From: Paramoeba atlantica
Taxonomy: Eukaryota; Protista; Discosea
Direction: 5' to 3'
NCBI GenBank assembly: GCA_977017575.1
Contig: CDRNVI010000103.1
Span: 1-64,000, forward strand
DNA length: 64,000 nt
Part shown: piece after piece, positions 45,153 to 54,879 of the stretch
Position numbering within the stretch: position 1 is the first letter of the stretch
Layout: the number at the start of each line of letters is the position of its first letter
Notes under the pieces: generated by a model
What the model saw: only the letters and a program-made list of their open reading frames with translations
What the model was told of the DNA's origin: nothing
The model's database searches: none
Position numbers and translations under genes: made by a program

Positions 45153-45714
45153 AAAAAACGTATTTTTGGGTACAGTTTGAGTGCAGGTGACCCAAAGATT
45201 TTTTTTCTACTTCTTTTCCATTTCTTGTCAACGTTCAACGGCAAAATCAACGCGAAAATGAGAATAGTCGCGAAAATGAGAATGAGAATAAAAAAATCCT
45301 GTCAATGTTCAATCGCAGATTCTGAGAATAGTGACGGCCACTGTAAACCGGGGTGCGGATTATTATTGCACTGCAATAGGCCTATTGTAGTGCAATAAGC
45401 TATTGCAGTGCAATAATAATCCGCAAGTGGTCGAAATGCAATAATAATCCGCAAGCACATTATTATTGCATTGTCACATGTTCTCCCCGCAAAAAGCAAA
45501 AGTAAAAATGCCCCTCTTGAAGAATAAACGCAACGATTTACTTATGCTGGCACGTCCACACGGTATCCGCGGTCTATATTTTCTGATTTGGGCCTGCATG
45601 CACGGTAGTTATCCTTGACATGACGTCGTTTATGTCCAATGACATCGGGTGTGCTTGCACTATCAGAGGCGATCTCATTCTGAGGTATACAAGGTTTAAG
45701 TGGGCTTCCTGGAT

Positions 45715-46017
45715 AATGCACGCTATCAAAAAGATACAGTTTCTGTACCTTGTTGGTACTTAACCTTAGTTCATCCTTTCTTTCCCCGGCAACGGGCATA
45801 CTCTTACTGTATTTTCATGCCCGTTGCTGGCCGGCGCTAAGGCTGGAACTGTCCCTCTTTATCGCTGAAGCAGAGGACGCTCCTTCATCCCTTCACCCCT
45901 CCCCGACTCACTCCCCTGGAGTGAGTGCTTCCCTCTCTCGGCTTCTTTCCTCGCGACCCTTACCTCTCCGAGACGGCTAGGCGTCACGGTGGCCTCCCTT
46001 GAGGACCACTAGACGTG
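45715..46017 (+). ncRNA. Spliced-leader RNA-like element, copy A
   Basis: AATGCACGCTATCAAAAAGATACAGTTTCTGTACCTTGTTG|GTAC. Core at 45733-48, GT at 45756-57, 14-bp stem 45786-45830. Confidence 0.8.
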
Positions 46018-46038
46018 TCCCTCGCTGCCCGCGTTTAC

Positions 46039-46205
46039 GGCTCTCTGCACGTGACGGTCGCCCAGCTCTCCGCACCTCGGCTCTGTCGCAGCTCTCTGCA
46101 CCCGGATTGCCCCCGAAACTGTAATATGGGGATTACGCAACCGGCTCTCTGCACCTGCACATGACAACCGAGCTCTCTGCACCTGGGACGTCAGCTCTCT
46201 GCACC
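46039..46205. repeat. GCTCTCTGCAC x6, dispersed
   Basis: Direct reading, just downstream of SL-like copy A. Confidence 0.85.
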
Positions 46206-48269
46206 CATTGATCTATGGATCCTTCCTCAAGGTCACTCATTTTCTCTAGGTCGCTGCTTTCTTAACGAAGCAACCCTTCACGGATAGAGTAGGTATCGAG
46301 ATTGCTCATATCTTCTTCGACTCCAAGTTCATCTACGGCACCTTCGTCCCCTTTCAGTGATACACATTCTTCGTCTGTGTCCACCGTTTGTACAAAATCA
46401 GAGGTTTGTTCCCGGTGCCGAATAGCCCCTTCTTTAAATAAATTATCCATCCGAAAAGTGAAATGCAATAATAATCCGAAATACAATAATAATCCGAAAG
46501 TGCAATAATAATGTGTAAAATTCCATAATAATCCGAAAGTGCAATAATAAACCGAAATGCAATAATAATCCAAAATGCAATAATAATCCGCACCCCCGTT
46601 TACTTGTTGTGCAGGGGGGGCACAATAAGTGGAAACGACCACTATTATTGTGCCCCCCTCCAAAATATGGCGCCGCGAAGCTGCATTTTTTTGCGGTTTC
46701 ATTATTCCCATTTTCTCGAAATTGACGGCGTTTGTTCAACAACGCACTCGTTAAATAGAACTCATTCTGCACATGAACGTGTTTGTCTATAAAAAAGGCC
46801 AAATTTTTTTTTACCCTTTTTTTGGTTTTTTCCAATATTTAGTTATTCTGCCTAGAGCCAGTTATTGTGCAGGGGGGGCACAATAACCCGGAACAGGGTT
46901 TAGAAGTAACTCATGCTGCGCGCTTCGCGTTGAAAACTACCACCGCGTTTAACGAAGAGCCTAAAAAAGAAAATTTAGCCTGGAAAACGGAAAGATTATA
47001 GCCAAAATTAGCCAATTTTCGGATAAAAATGGGGTGATTTTTGCGTATTTTTGCTCTCAGAGCACTAAATCTGATATTTGCGTGTGGGAAATCACTCGTA
47101 GGCGTGAATGAAAGCCTACTGAACGTATTGGGTAGAGAATGCGACTCCAATCACACCATTCTTTTGACATAAAATGACCCCTTTAGGCCCAAAAATTACT
47201 TTTTTGCACTTTTTCGTCAAAAATAGGCCATTTTGGGAGTCGTGCCACGGCTAGAAGAAGGGGTATCTGGCGAAAACAACGGTGTAGAAGGCTAGTACAG
47301 GTCCCAATATCTCAAAATACAATAGGGTAAATAATGTTCAAAAAATGTTTTTTTTACCATTTTTTTCGCCAAGTTGAAATTTGTATCAAAACAAAATTTC
47401 CGAAAAAACCCGAACTTGGCGGACCCGTCTGCGGATACGCGGGGGGAAAATGCGCGCCAAGACCCCGGCTACCGCTTCTGCGGGTTTTTTTTGAAAAATT
47501 ATTTTTGCGAAAAAAAATTCGTGCGGTATGCCCCCCCCTAGACCCCCCCATGGACCCCCCCATGGACCCCCCATTTTTTTCAATTTTTTTTTTCAATTTT
47601 GGACCACCGGAGCCCCCTTTTATATTTTTATTACTGTGTTCCTCTTTATATTTTCACTGTTTTTGTTCACTTTTTTTCAATAATCGAGTGTAGAGCGGTA
47701 GTTTTACAACCACCGCAATAATAAAACTACGCCAAGACTGTCTTGGCATAGCTTTTGCAATAGTCTTGAAATTTTATAAAAGGTATCAATATCTTACCGT
47801 TCCTTAGGAAGTGCAGTATTACATGAAAACAATGTACATTTTGTAGGTTTACCATTTCAGATTGTTATGTTAACTTTCTCATTCATATGAGCTCATCAAT
47901 CAACATTAGTGCTGTCATATTTTCATACGGAGAACACATTTCTTTATGGATACAAAGCATGTTTTTGATGGAACGTTTGAACAACCACTGCGGTAGCCAT
48001 GTACACCCCCATGCGAAAATAATGCAACTTGGGATTCCGCAGAACGGGTGAGTGGTTCACAGTGTATATTTTTGGTGAATGGGAAAAACTATTAGATGTC
48101 AATAGCACGAGAGGTGGGAGGGGGTTCAGAAGTTGAGAAAGGGTATCGTATAATTTCAAAGTAGATCTCAGTGTGTGGGGGCATACATTGTGCGTTTTGC
48201 GTATCTAAAACTTTAAGCTCTTTTGATAAAAAGATTCTTTTTGTACTCCGTTCAAGGTTGATCGCACTC

Positions 48270-49112
48270 ATGCAAACAAACGTCATGTCTTCGACTCTTG
48301 CTTCAGATTCAACAGGAGGGACACGGTTGCGAAAGGTCCATCTAACTCTTCTACCCCCTGAAATGGAACTTGATCGTTTTCTATCACACACAACTGGACG
48401 TCATCACAGTTGGAGCACTGAAAATGACGCTTGCAAATTATGGGATGGCGTGAAATGTGAGGATCAAAAAGTTGTAGAGCTTAGCTGGACTTCTTTTGGA
48501 CTGTCCGGTAATGTGCAGTGGAGGTTTCTTCCTCGCACTGTGCGACACGTCGATCTTGGACGCTTATATGACGTGTCCAACAAACTGACAGGACGCATTC
48601 AGACCTGTGATCTCCCTGATTCTCTAGAGTGCCTTATCGTTGACCGAAACAGCTTTTGTGGTGAACTCGAAATTCGGACATTCCCGTCGGCGATGCGGAA
48701 TTTTGAAGCCCGTGAAAATTGTCTTGAAGGCAGTGTAGATCTGACGGCACTTCCTTGCGGTCAGTCAACGCTTGACCTGAACAACAATGATTTAAGTGGT
48801 CGCATTTTCTTGGACTCGTTGCCACCTCAGCTTCGCTACCTGTACCTGTCCCATAATAGATTGAGCGGTGAGGTAAACTTAACCACGCTACCAGAGATGC
48901 TTCTGGAACTTACGGCAACCGATAATCAACTTACTGGAGATCTGGATCTCTCACGTTTGCCCCGGAGCTTGAGGTTGCTGCATCTCAGTAGAAACAAGTT
49001 TGATGGGACGCTAAATTGCCGGAATCTACCCGAAAAAGCCCAGATCTATGTAAGAACAATGAATATTCGATCATCCGAGCCTGACCCCTTACCACTACGG
49101 GTAAACATATGA
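48270..49112 (+). CDS. LRR family protein
   Basis: KVHLTLLPPEMEL...ACKLWDGVKC cap plus LRRs. Confidence 0.9.
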   Translation: MQTNVMSSTLASDSTGGTRLRKVHLTLLPPEMELDRFLSHTTGRHHSWSTENDACKLWDGVKCEDQKVVELSWTSFGLSGNVQWRFLPRTVRHVDLGRLYDVSNKLTGRIQTCDLPDSLECLIVDRNSFCGELEIRTFPSAMRNFEARENCLEGSVDLTALPCGQSTLDLNNNDLSGRIFLDSLPPQLRYLYLSHNRLSGEVNLTTLPEMLLELTATDNQLTGDLDLSRLPRSLRLLHLSRNKFDGTLNCRNLPEKAQIYVRTMNIRSSEPDPLPLRVNI

Positions 49113-49503
49113 AAATTAATCCAACAAATTTTGATAAAATGAACATGTTCACTAGCCTTAAAAAAAGTATCAAACAATGCTTGTACAGTAGCTTGTATAT
49201 GAGCTTAGACATTTTTATTCAAAGAAACGCGTAAATGTGCACCTACAGGGTTGGTACGGAATTTATGAACAATTCTCGAATCATAATCTTTCTTAAATCT
49301 TTTTTTAAGTGTTCTTTACCTGATTACCCGATGCCCCGCCCTGATTATTTCCAACTAGACCACACACAACGTGAGCAAGCCAGACAGCTTATTGCGAAAC
49401 TTCAGCCAAAGATACAATACATGTAAGAGGAAAACGTTTTTCATGCATGCACAGAAGCAATAATAATGAAAAACAATTATCACGATTAGCGTTATTCAAT
49501 TTA

Positions 49504-49982
49504 CCGTGGAAACATTAATTAAGAGACACATTAAATAAGGGAACGCCAATTAAGGGAACACCAATTAAGGGAATAATTATTTTTCGTCGCTTTTTGGCAT
49601 TTTCATTCAATTAATAATTAATAATTATTTTTTCCGCCCATGGCCCAGGCGCCCCCAACCCCCGCTGAGCCCACATACCAATAATTCAGAGTTTAGGTCA
49701 AAAAATCGAAGTATGCAACCAAAACGTTGTAATACGTGAAGTATCCACTTACTAACGCACTTTCTCGAAATTTCACTTGTTATCACACAATTCGCTTATT
49801 ATCACACCGAAAAAAGTGTGATAATGGGTGGTCCCCCCTCTACTTATCTCGGGCTATTTTCAACTTGATTCCCGCAAAACAATTAAGGGAACATAAAATA
49901 AGGGAACACTAATTAAGGGAATAATTTTTTTTGAAAACCATTTTCCCTTAATTGGTGTAATTCTTAATTAATGTTTCCACGG
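49504..49982. mobile_element. MITE, perfect TIR CCGTGGAAACATTAATTAAGA, TA TSD
   Basis: 26-bp perfect IR at 49499-524 and 49962-987, internal AATTAAGGGAA repeats. Confidence 0.92.
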
Positions 49983-50115
49983 TAAATGCGTCGACGGTAA
50001 ACACAGATGTATTGTGTACATGCATAATTGTAATGGTGGTATGTCTCTTAAAAAGTACCATTTACTTTCCCAATTGACGATGTCTAGGACTTTCATCCTT
50101 TTCTCTCGACTACCC

Positions 50116-52341
50116 ATGAATTTATCCCCTTACATTCGTCTGCGGCCCATCCTGCCTCTCCTTCTTCTCCTCCCTCTCCTCTCCGCCTATGACACCCCCA
50201 TGCAGGACGTCGACTCCAATTCGGGTGACCCCCACCCCTCGGACCCCTCTCTCACCGCCCCCCACGCCTACCTCAGCTCCCCGAGCTGTTTCCTCGACTT
50301 CAATGTCCTACGCTGGGAGGAGGGGCGCTACTCCCCATGCTACAAACTCACCGAGTTACTCACCGTCGGGGAGGCCCAGGCCGCGGAGTACATGTTCACC
50401 CTCGTCCGTCGTCACCTCCTCTCCGACATCTTCAACCTCTCCCCCGGTGACCTTCTCACCTTTATCGACCCCGTAGCCGCCCACCATTTTGAACATCCCG
50501 AAAACGGGGCCAAGCCCCCCCACCCCCCCATCCTCCCCTGTGTCGCCCCCCGCCCCGAAACCGGCCGCTGTATCCCCCCCGACACCTTCGCCTACCCCTT
50601 ACACCCCGCCCGCCCCTACCTCACCGTCCCCTATAACACCACAACCGTGATCCCACAGCAGACCCCCCCCTCTTCCTCCTCCTCCTCTTCCTCCTCTTCT
50701 CATTCGAGGGGAAACCGAGGCGCTCCCCATCTCGAGGGCACCGGGCCTACGCTTGCTACCCTCGGGTCCGTCCCCAATGCGGTACTCCGTAACGCGGTCC
50801 ACACCCGGACCACCTTCCCCTCCTCCTCCCCCCACGCCCCCGCGCACCGCTCCCACGGGGTGTGTGCCGCTGCGCTGTTTGTGCTGAACGGCACAGCAAT
50901 GGGGGAAGGGGCCATGGGGGGGGGACTGGACTACGAAAAAATGGTCCACGTCCTCCAGGGGGTTGTGGATGTGGTCCAAGCCCTCGTGAGTTCGTTTCAA
51001 CTGCAGTACCAGAAACTGCGACGCTCCCCGACCGCGGGCGTGGTGCGGGAGATGGAGAGCTGGAAGCCCCAGGCTTTTTTAAACCAGCAGGTGGAGACGT
51101 GGCAGCGGTTGGTCGAGGGGGCGCGGGGGGACCCGTCCGCGGAGCTCGAGACCGTGCTGCGGTTTTATGAGACCCAGCATGGGGAGAAGTTGGAGGCGGT
51201 GCACCGGTGGGAACAGCAAATGCTGATTGAGTCGATGCAGCCTGGGGTGCGGGCCTCGTATTGTAGCCCCGCCCAGACGTTGCGGTCCTCGGAGGATGAG
51301 GATGTGATGATGGGGGAGGGGTTGTCGATGTCGGCATCGTATGAGGCCCCGCCGTCGTCCTCGTTTGTGGGGGATATTGCGTACCATGAGAGCTCGGAGT
51401 GGCGGTCGTTAAAGGCGGAACAGGAAGGTCTGCGGGCGGTGTTGGAGGAGCTGCAACGGGTGCGTACACGGCTGGTGCAACTCCCGATGGGGGAGCAGCC
51501 GGAGGTGTTAGGTGCTCGCTGGTCCGTCATACGACGTATCTTGCTTAGTTATTTACAACACCGCGAGACCCTACTGCGGTTTGCGTCAACCCAAAAAGGA
51601 AATCGGGAATATGCCCACCTACAGCTCGAGGGTCTGGATGCTCCTTTGACGGCGTTTCGTCAGCTGCTGGTGCGCGAGGTGAGCTCCGTACGTATGGGTT
51701 GTGGTATTGAAGAGGCTGAGCGAGTGCTGACGTTTATCTGTGAATGTAACACCAAGGCAGGATTTACTCAGCTCGCTGCAGAGGAGGCAGCACAAGGGGT
51801 TCCGGTGCGTCTACCTGTTTTCACAGAAAAGGAGAAGGGAGAAGAGGAGGAAGACTCCAGCTCCTCTCTAATGGATTCTCGTAAGCGTCGTCGCTCTGGG
51901 AAGCAGGAAGAAGAGGAATCGGAAAGCGAGGACTCGGAAGAAGATTCTGATTCCCCGTTGGTAAGTTCTCCACCGACAAAAAGAGCGCGTGGGGAAAAGG
52001 AAACGAAGCGAGGCAGAGGTCGGGGGAGGGGTACCCGCGGCGGACGAGGTGGGAGTCGGGGGAAAAAGGCATCGGAAGAGACCGGCGACAAGAATTCTCG
52101 GAAGCGAAAGGCCTCTGGTTCCAGCATAAAGGATGACACCTCAGTATCTGCAACAAAGACCACCTCGAAAAAAGCGGGAAGCCAAAAGAAAAGTGGTAAA
52201 GCACAGGAAGAGGTGATCACGACTCGTTCAACACGTTCTCGAACACGGCAAGCAGCCGCGGAGGAGGAAGAGTCTCTTGGATCTATGGATAGGAAAGGAG
52301 GTAAACAGGAACAGCCTAAAAAACGTGCCCGTAAAGGGTGA
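50116..52341 (+). CDS. Hypothetical protein with acidic/basic NLS-like tail
   Basis: Long ORF with host codon polarity. No family recognised; start uncertain. Confidence 0.7.
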   Translation: MNLSPYIRLRPILPLLLLLPLLSAYDTPMQDVDSNSGDPHPSDPSLTAPHAYLSSPSCFLDFNVLRWEEGRYSPCYKLTELLTVGEAQAAEYMFTLVRRHLLSDIFNLSPGDLLTFIDPVAAHHFEHPENGAKPPHPPILPCVAPRPETGRCIPPDTFAYPLHPARPYLTVPYNTTTVIPQQTPPSSSSSSSSSSHSRGNRGAPHLEGTGPTLATLGSVPNAVLRNAVHTRTTFPSSSPHAPAHRSHGVCAAALFVLNGTAMGEGAMGGGLDYEKMVHVLQGVVDVVQALVSSFQLQYQKLRRSPTAGVVREMESWKPQAFLNQQVETWQRLVEGARGDPSAELETVLRFYETQHGEKLEAVHRWEQQMLIESMQPGVRASYCSPAQTLRSSEDEDVMMGEGLSMSASYEAPPSSSFVGDIAYHESSEWRSLKAEQEGLRAVLEELQRVRTRLVQLPMGEQPEVLGARWSVIRRILLSYLQHRETLLRFASTQKGNREYAHLQLEGLDAPLTAFRQLLVREVSSVRMGCGIEEAERVLTFICECNTKAGFTQLAAEEAAQGVPVRLPVFTEKEKGEEEEDSSSSLMDSRKRRRSGKQEEEESESEDSEEDSDSPLVSSPPTKRARGEKETKRGRGRGRGTRGGRGGSRGKKASEETGDKNSRKRKASGSSIKDDTSVSATKTTSKKAGSQKKSGKAQEEVITTRSTRSRTRQAAAEEEESLGSMDRKGGKQEQPKKRARKG

Positions 52342-52772
52342 GTGACACTGTTTAGGCGTTCAACGTTTGAGGCTGCGTCCGAATTGTTTAATGTTTATTG
52401 TGCACCAATGAAATCTTGGCGAATCCAAAAATATGTGCGCAACTAAGAACTTTTGTGTTTCAGTAACTACTTTTTTCTTGGCTAATAAAGTTATACGTCT
52501 TCTACAAAATATTTTTTATTGTCTGCTGATATTTAATTTTGTGAGATCGAAATGAATGATTTTCTTCGTTCTCTATTTCACTCGTCTTTTATTATGAGCT
52601 CTGCTGAAATGCGTAAAAATACTGTATGAAGTATTCGCCATCTACATTCCTTTTTCTCTGCATAATCGTCGTATGTTTTTCTTGTTCCAAAACAAGTTTC
52701 TTTTTTTAGATTTGTCAAGTAAACTGTATTTCTTGCACTAGACTTCTTTTCTTTAGATCACTTAGATAGAAA

Positions 52773-54419
52773 ATGATACGCCACATAGATTCACTCCACA
52801 ACAGCGCTACACACACCAAAAAACAAAAGCAAGAACCTCCTTTTTCCTACAAAGCTTCCTCTCTTCCGTACAACAGCAAATTTGCCTCAAATCTGTGCTC
52901 TGTTCTCCCGCTCTGTTTCCTATTTTTTGCCGCAACATTTACGAGTTTGTCTCACAAATCTCCTCTCCATTTGAATCTCAACACTCTGACCCATGCGGTT
53001 GAGGAAATGGCTTTTACCGGGCATCCTACCTCAGGCATCGTTTCCGCTCCTTTTACCCGGGCTCGTCGCATGTCAGAAGTTCCTTCTCGCAACCAAACCC
53101 ACAGCATACACCCGTGGGATGCTCCGCCTAATACTTCTGATAAAGAAAATCGAAAAACTGAAATTTCTCTTCCCCCACGACATGTCTCTTTTCTATCGAA
53201 TGCCTCTCAGCCCTCGGAGTTTGCAAGAAAACGTAAACAGCGTTGCAACAAAAAAGAAGCCTTTCGGGCGTTTCCACAAGTGTCTACCATCACATCGGAA
53301 TTATGGGACTGCTCTCAGGTGAGTTATGACGCCGATGACGAGTCCCCGCGACGCGTAAGTCGAAAACGTAGTCGATTATCAAAAGGTCATCCCGTGAGTA
53401 CACTGAGACCCAAAAAAGCAGACCCCGTGTTTCGTACTGAATTCAACTCGCTCGAAAAAGGCGACGCGACGTTTACAACAAACGAAATCAAAGGCGTAAA
53501 CTCTCCTCTCGATTTTCTCGAAACTCCAAAAATTTCTTCTCCCACAGTACAATCTCTCTCCTCGACCTGTGCGGATTCCTCACTTGATTCTGGAATGGAA
53601 GCACAGCCACGACAAAAGAAACCTCGTCTTCTCCCCCATTCATCAGTAGTAAATCCAAACGCTGCGATTTCGAAGTTTACTTCCCGTTCGCATCGTATTG
53701 GAAAAGTGCACACAGCGCTGCTCTCCGATGAGGTCATGCTGCAGCAATTCGTCTCTTCGCTGTTTGTCACGGAACAAGCCGAGGCGATTTCGAGCTTATG
53801 GCCGAGTGAGAGACCCGTGTGTACGTGGCCAGGAATTACCTGTCGCTACGTTTCGAATAAGGAAAAGAGTCCGTCCTCGGTTTCCAACGAAGAGGAGGAG
53901 AAGGAAAGGGGTGAAAATACCCAAAACGAGTTACCCACCACAACTTTTAAGAACACGTCCCCGAGAGTTGTGGCCATGGATTGGTCTCATTGGGGACTTC
54001 ATGGCACAGTGGCCTTATCTCGCCTTCCTTCCTATTTGCAAAGCTTTAAGGCCGAGGGAAACTTTATGGAAGGTGAGTTGGACTTAACAAGACTTCCTGC
54101 CACTCTACAAATGCTGTGGCTTTCAGAGAATTCGTTTTCGGGGGAGGTAGTTCTCTCACAGTTGCCCACACAGTTGCACTTTTTGCAGCTTTCGAGGAAC
54201 GTGCTATCGGGCACAGTCTCTCTTTCCGGTCTGCCTTCTACGCTTGAGCTCCTGGATTTGAGTTTTAACGCGTTTCATGGAAATGCACTCCGAATGTTGT
54301 ACCGAGCAGCAAAGCCTCAGCAGTATATGCACGTTAATCGGATTGATCTAAGAGGTAACGCCTTTGAGTACACCACAGAAGCCCATGAGCGTTGTCCCAG
54401 TAGCATACTTGTAGTATAG
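52773..54419 (+). CDS. LRR family protein with long disordered N-terminus
   Basis: Ser/Arg-rich region, then IGKVHTALL...VCTWPGITC cap and LRRs. Confidence 0.8.
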   Translation: MIRHIDSLHNSATHTKKQKQEPPFSYKASSLPYNSKFASNLCSVLPLCFLFFAATFTSLSHKSPLHLNLNTLTHAVEEMAFTGHPTSGIVSAPFTRARRMSEVPSRNQTHSIHPWDAPPNTSDKENRKTEISLPPRHVSFLSNASQPSEFARKRKQRCNKKEAFRAFPQVSTITSELWDCSQVSYDADDESPRRVSRKRSRLSKGHPVSTLRPKKADPVFRTEFNSLEKGDATFTTNEIKGVNSPLDFLETPKISSPTVQSLSSTCADSSLDSGMEAQPRQKKPRLLPHSSVVNPNAAISKFTSRSHRIGKVHTALLSDEVMLQQFVSSLFVTEQAEAISSLWPSERPVCTWPGITCRYVSNKEKSPSSVSNEEEEKERGENTQNELPTTTFKNTSPRVVAMDWSHWGLHGTVALSRLPSYLQSFKAEGNFMEGELDLTRLPATLQMLWLSENSFSGEVVLSQLPTQLHFLQLSRNVLSGTVSLSGLPSTLELLDLSFNAFHGNALRMLYRAAKPQQYMHVNRIDLRGNAFEYTTEAHERCPSSILVV

Positions 54420-54879
54420 CACACATGTAGACCGACAACCAAGTATGTTATTTTTTTCTATTTTTTTGGAATGAATTGGGGTCATGTATTTCTTCTAGAG
54501 TATATCAAAGAGAGATGAACAGCTCTTTTTTGTTCGAATATGCGAAGTTACATTTTCTTGTAGGAAAATGGTACTCTTTTTGTTTGTTTGACTAGAGGGT
54601 GTGCTATTTGTGCTCCCATACTCTACTTTTTAGACTTTGGTTTGTTTTCCTAATATTGTAGTCTCTTTTTATCCTCCTAGAGAAGATTAACCACTAATAG
54701 CTTGTAGCGTACATGTAGATAAAGTTTACATGTATGCATCATTGTTTTCATCTTTTCTGATAAATTTATACAACAATCGACATTTTTAGTCATCGTTTTT
54801 TCAAATATTTAAGATTTACATCAAAATTATCATCCTATTTTTTCGAGAGAGATAACCTTATTTTCAGCAAATTTCCTTC

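Larger units (their letters stand above)
45344..46602. mobile_element. Non-autonomous TA-flanked TIR element carrying SL-like copy A
   Basis: TAAAC(C/G)GGGGTGCGGATTATTATTGCA inverted at both ends. Subterminal TGCAATAATAATCCG arrays at 45360-45475 and 46465-46590. Confidence 0.85.
43990..46977. mobile_element. ~3-kb segment bounded by a 49-bp inverted repeat
   Basis: 43990-44038 vs 46929-46977, 46/49 identical, both ending in TA. Confidence 0.65.

Noticed and set aside
45360-46600. TGCAATAATAATCCG arrays as a CRISPR array
   Set aside because: Units are short and irregular, with no unique spacers and no cas genes. They are transposon subterminal repeats in a eukaryote.
46262-46835. ORFs with HYYCI/IIIAF repeats
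   Set aside because: Translations of the subterminal DNA repeats.
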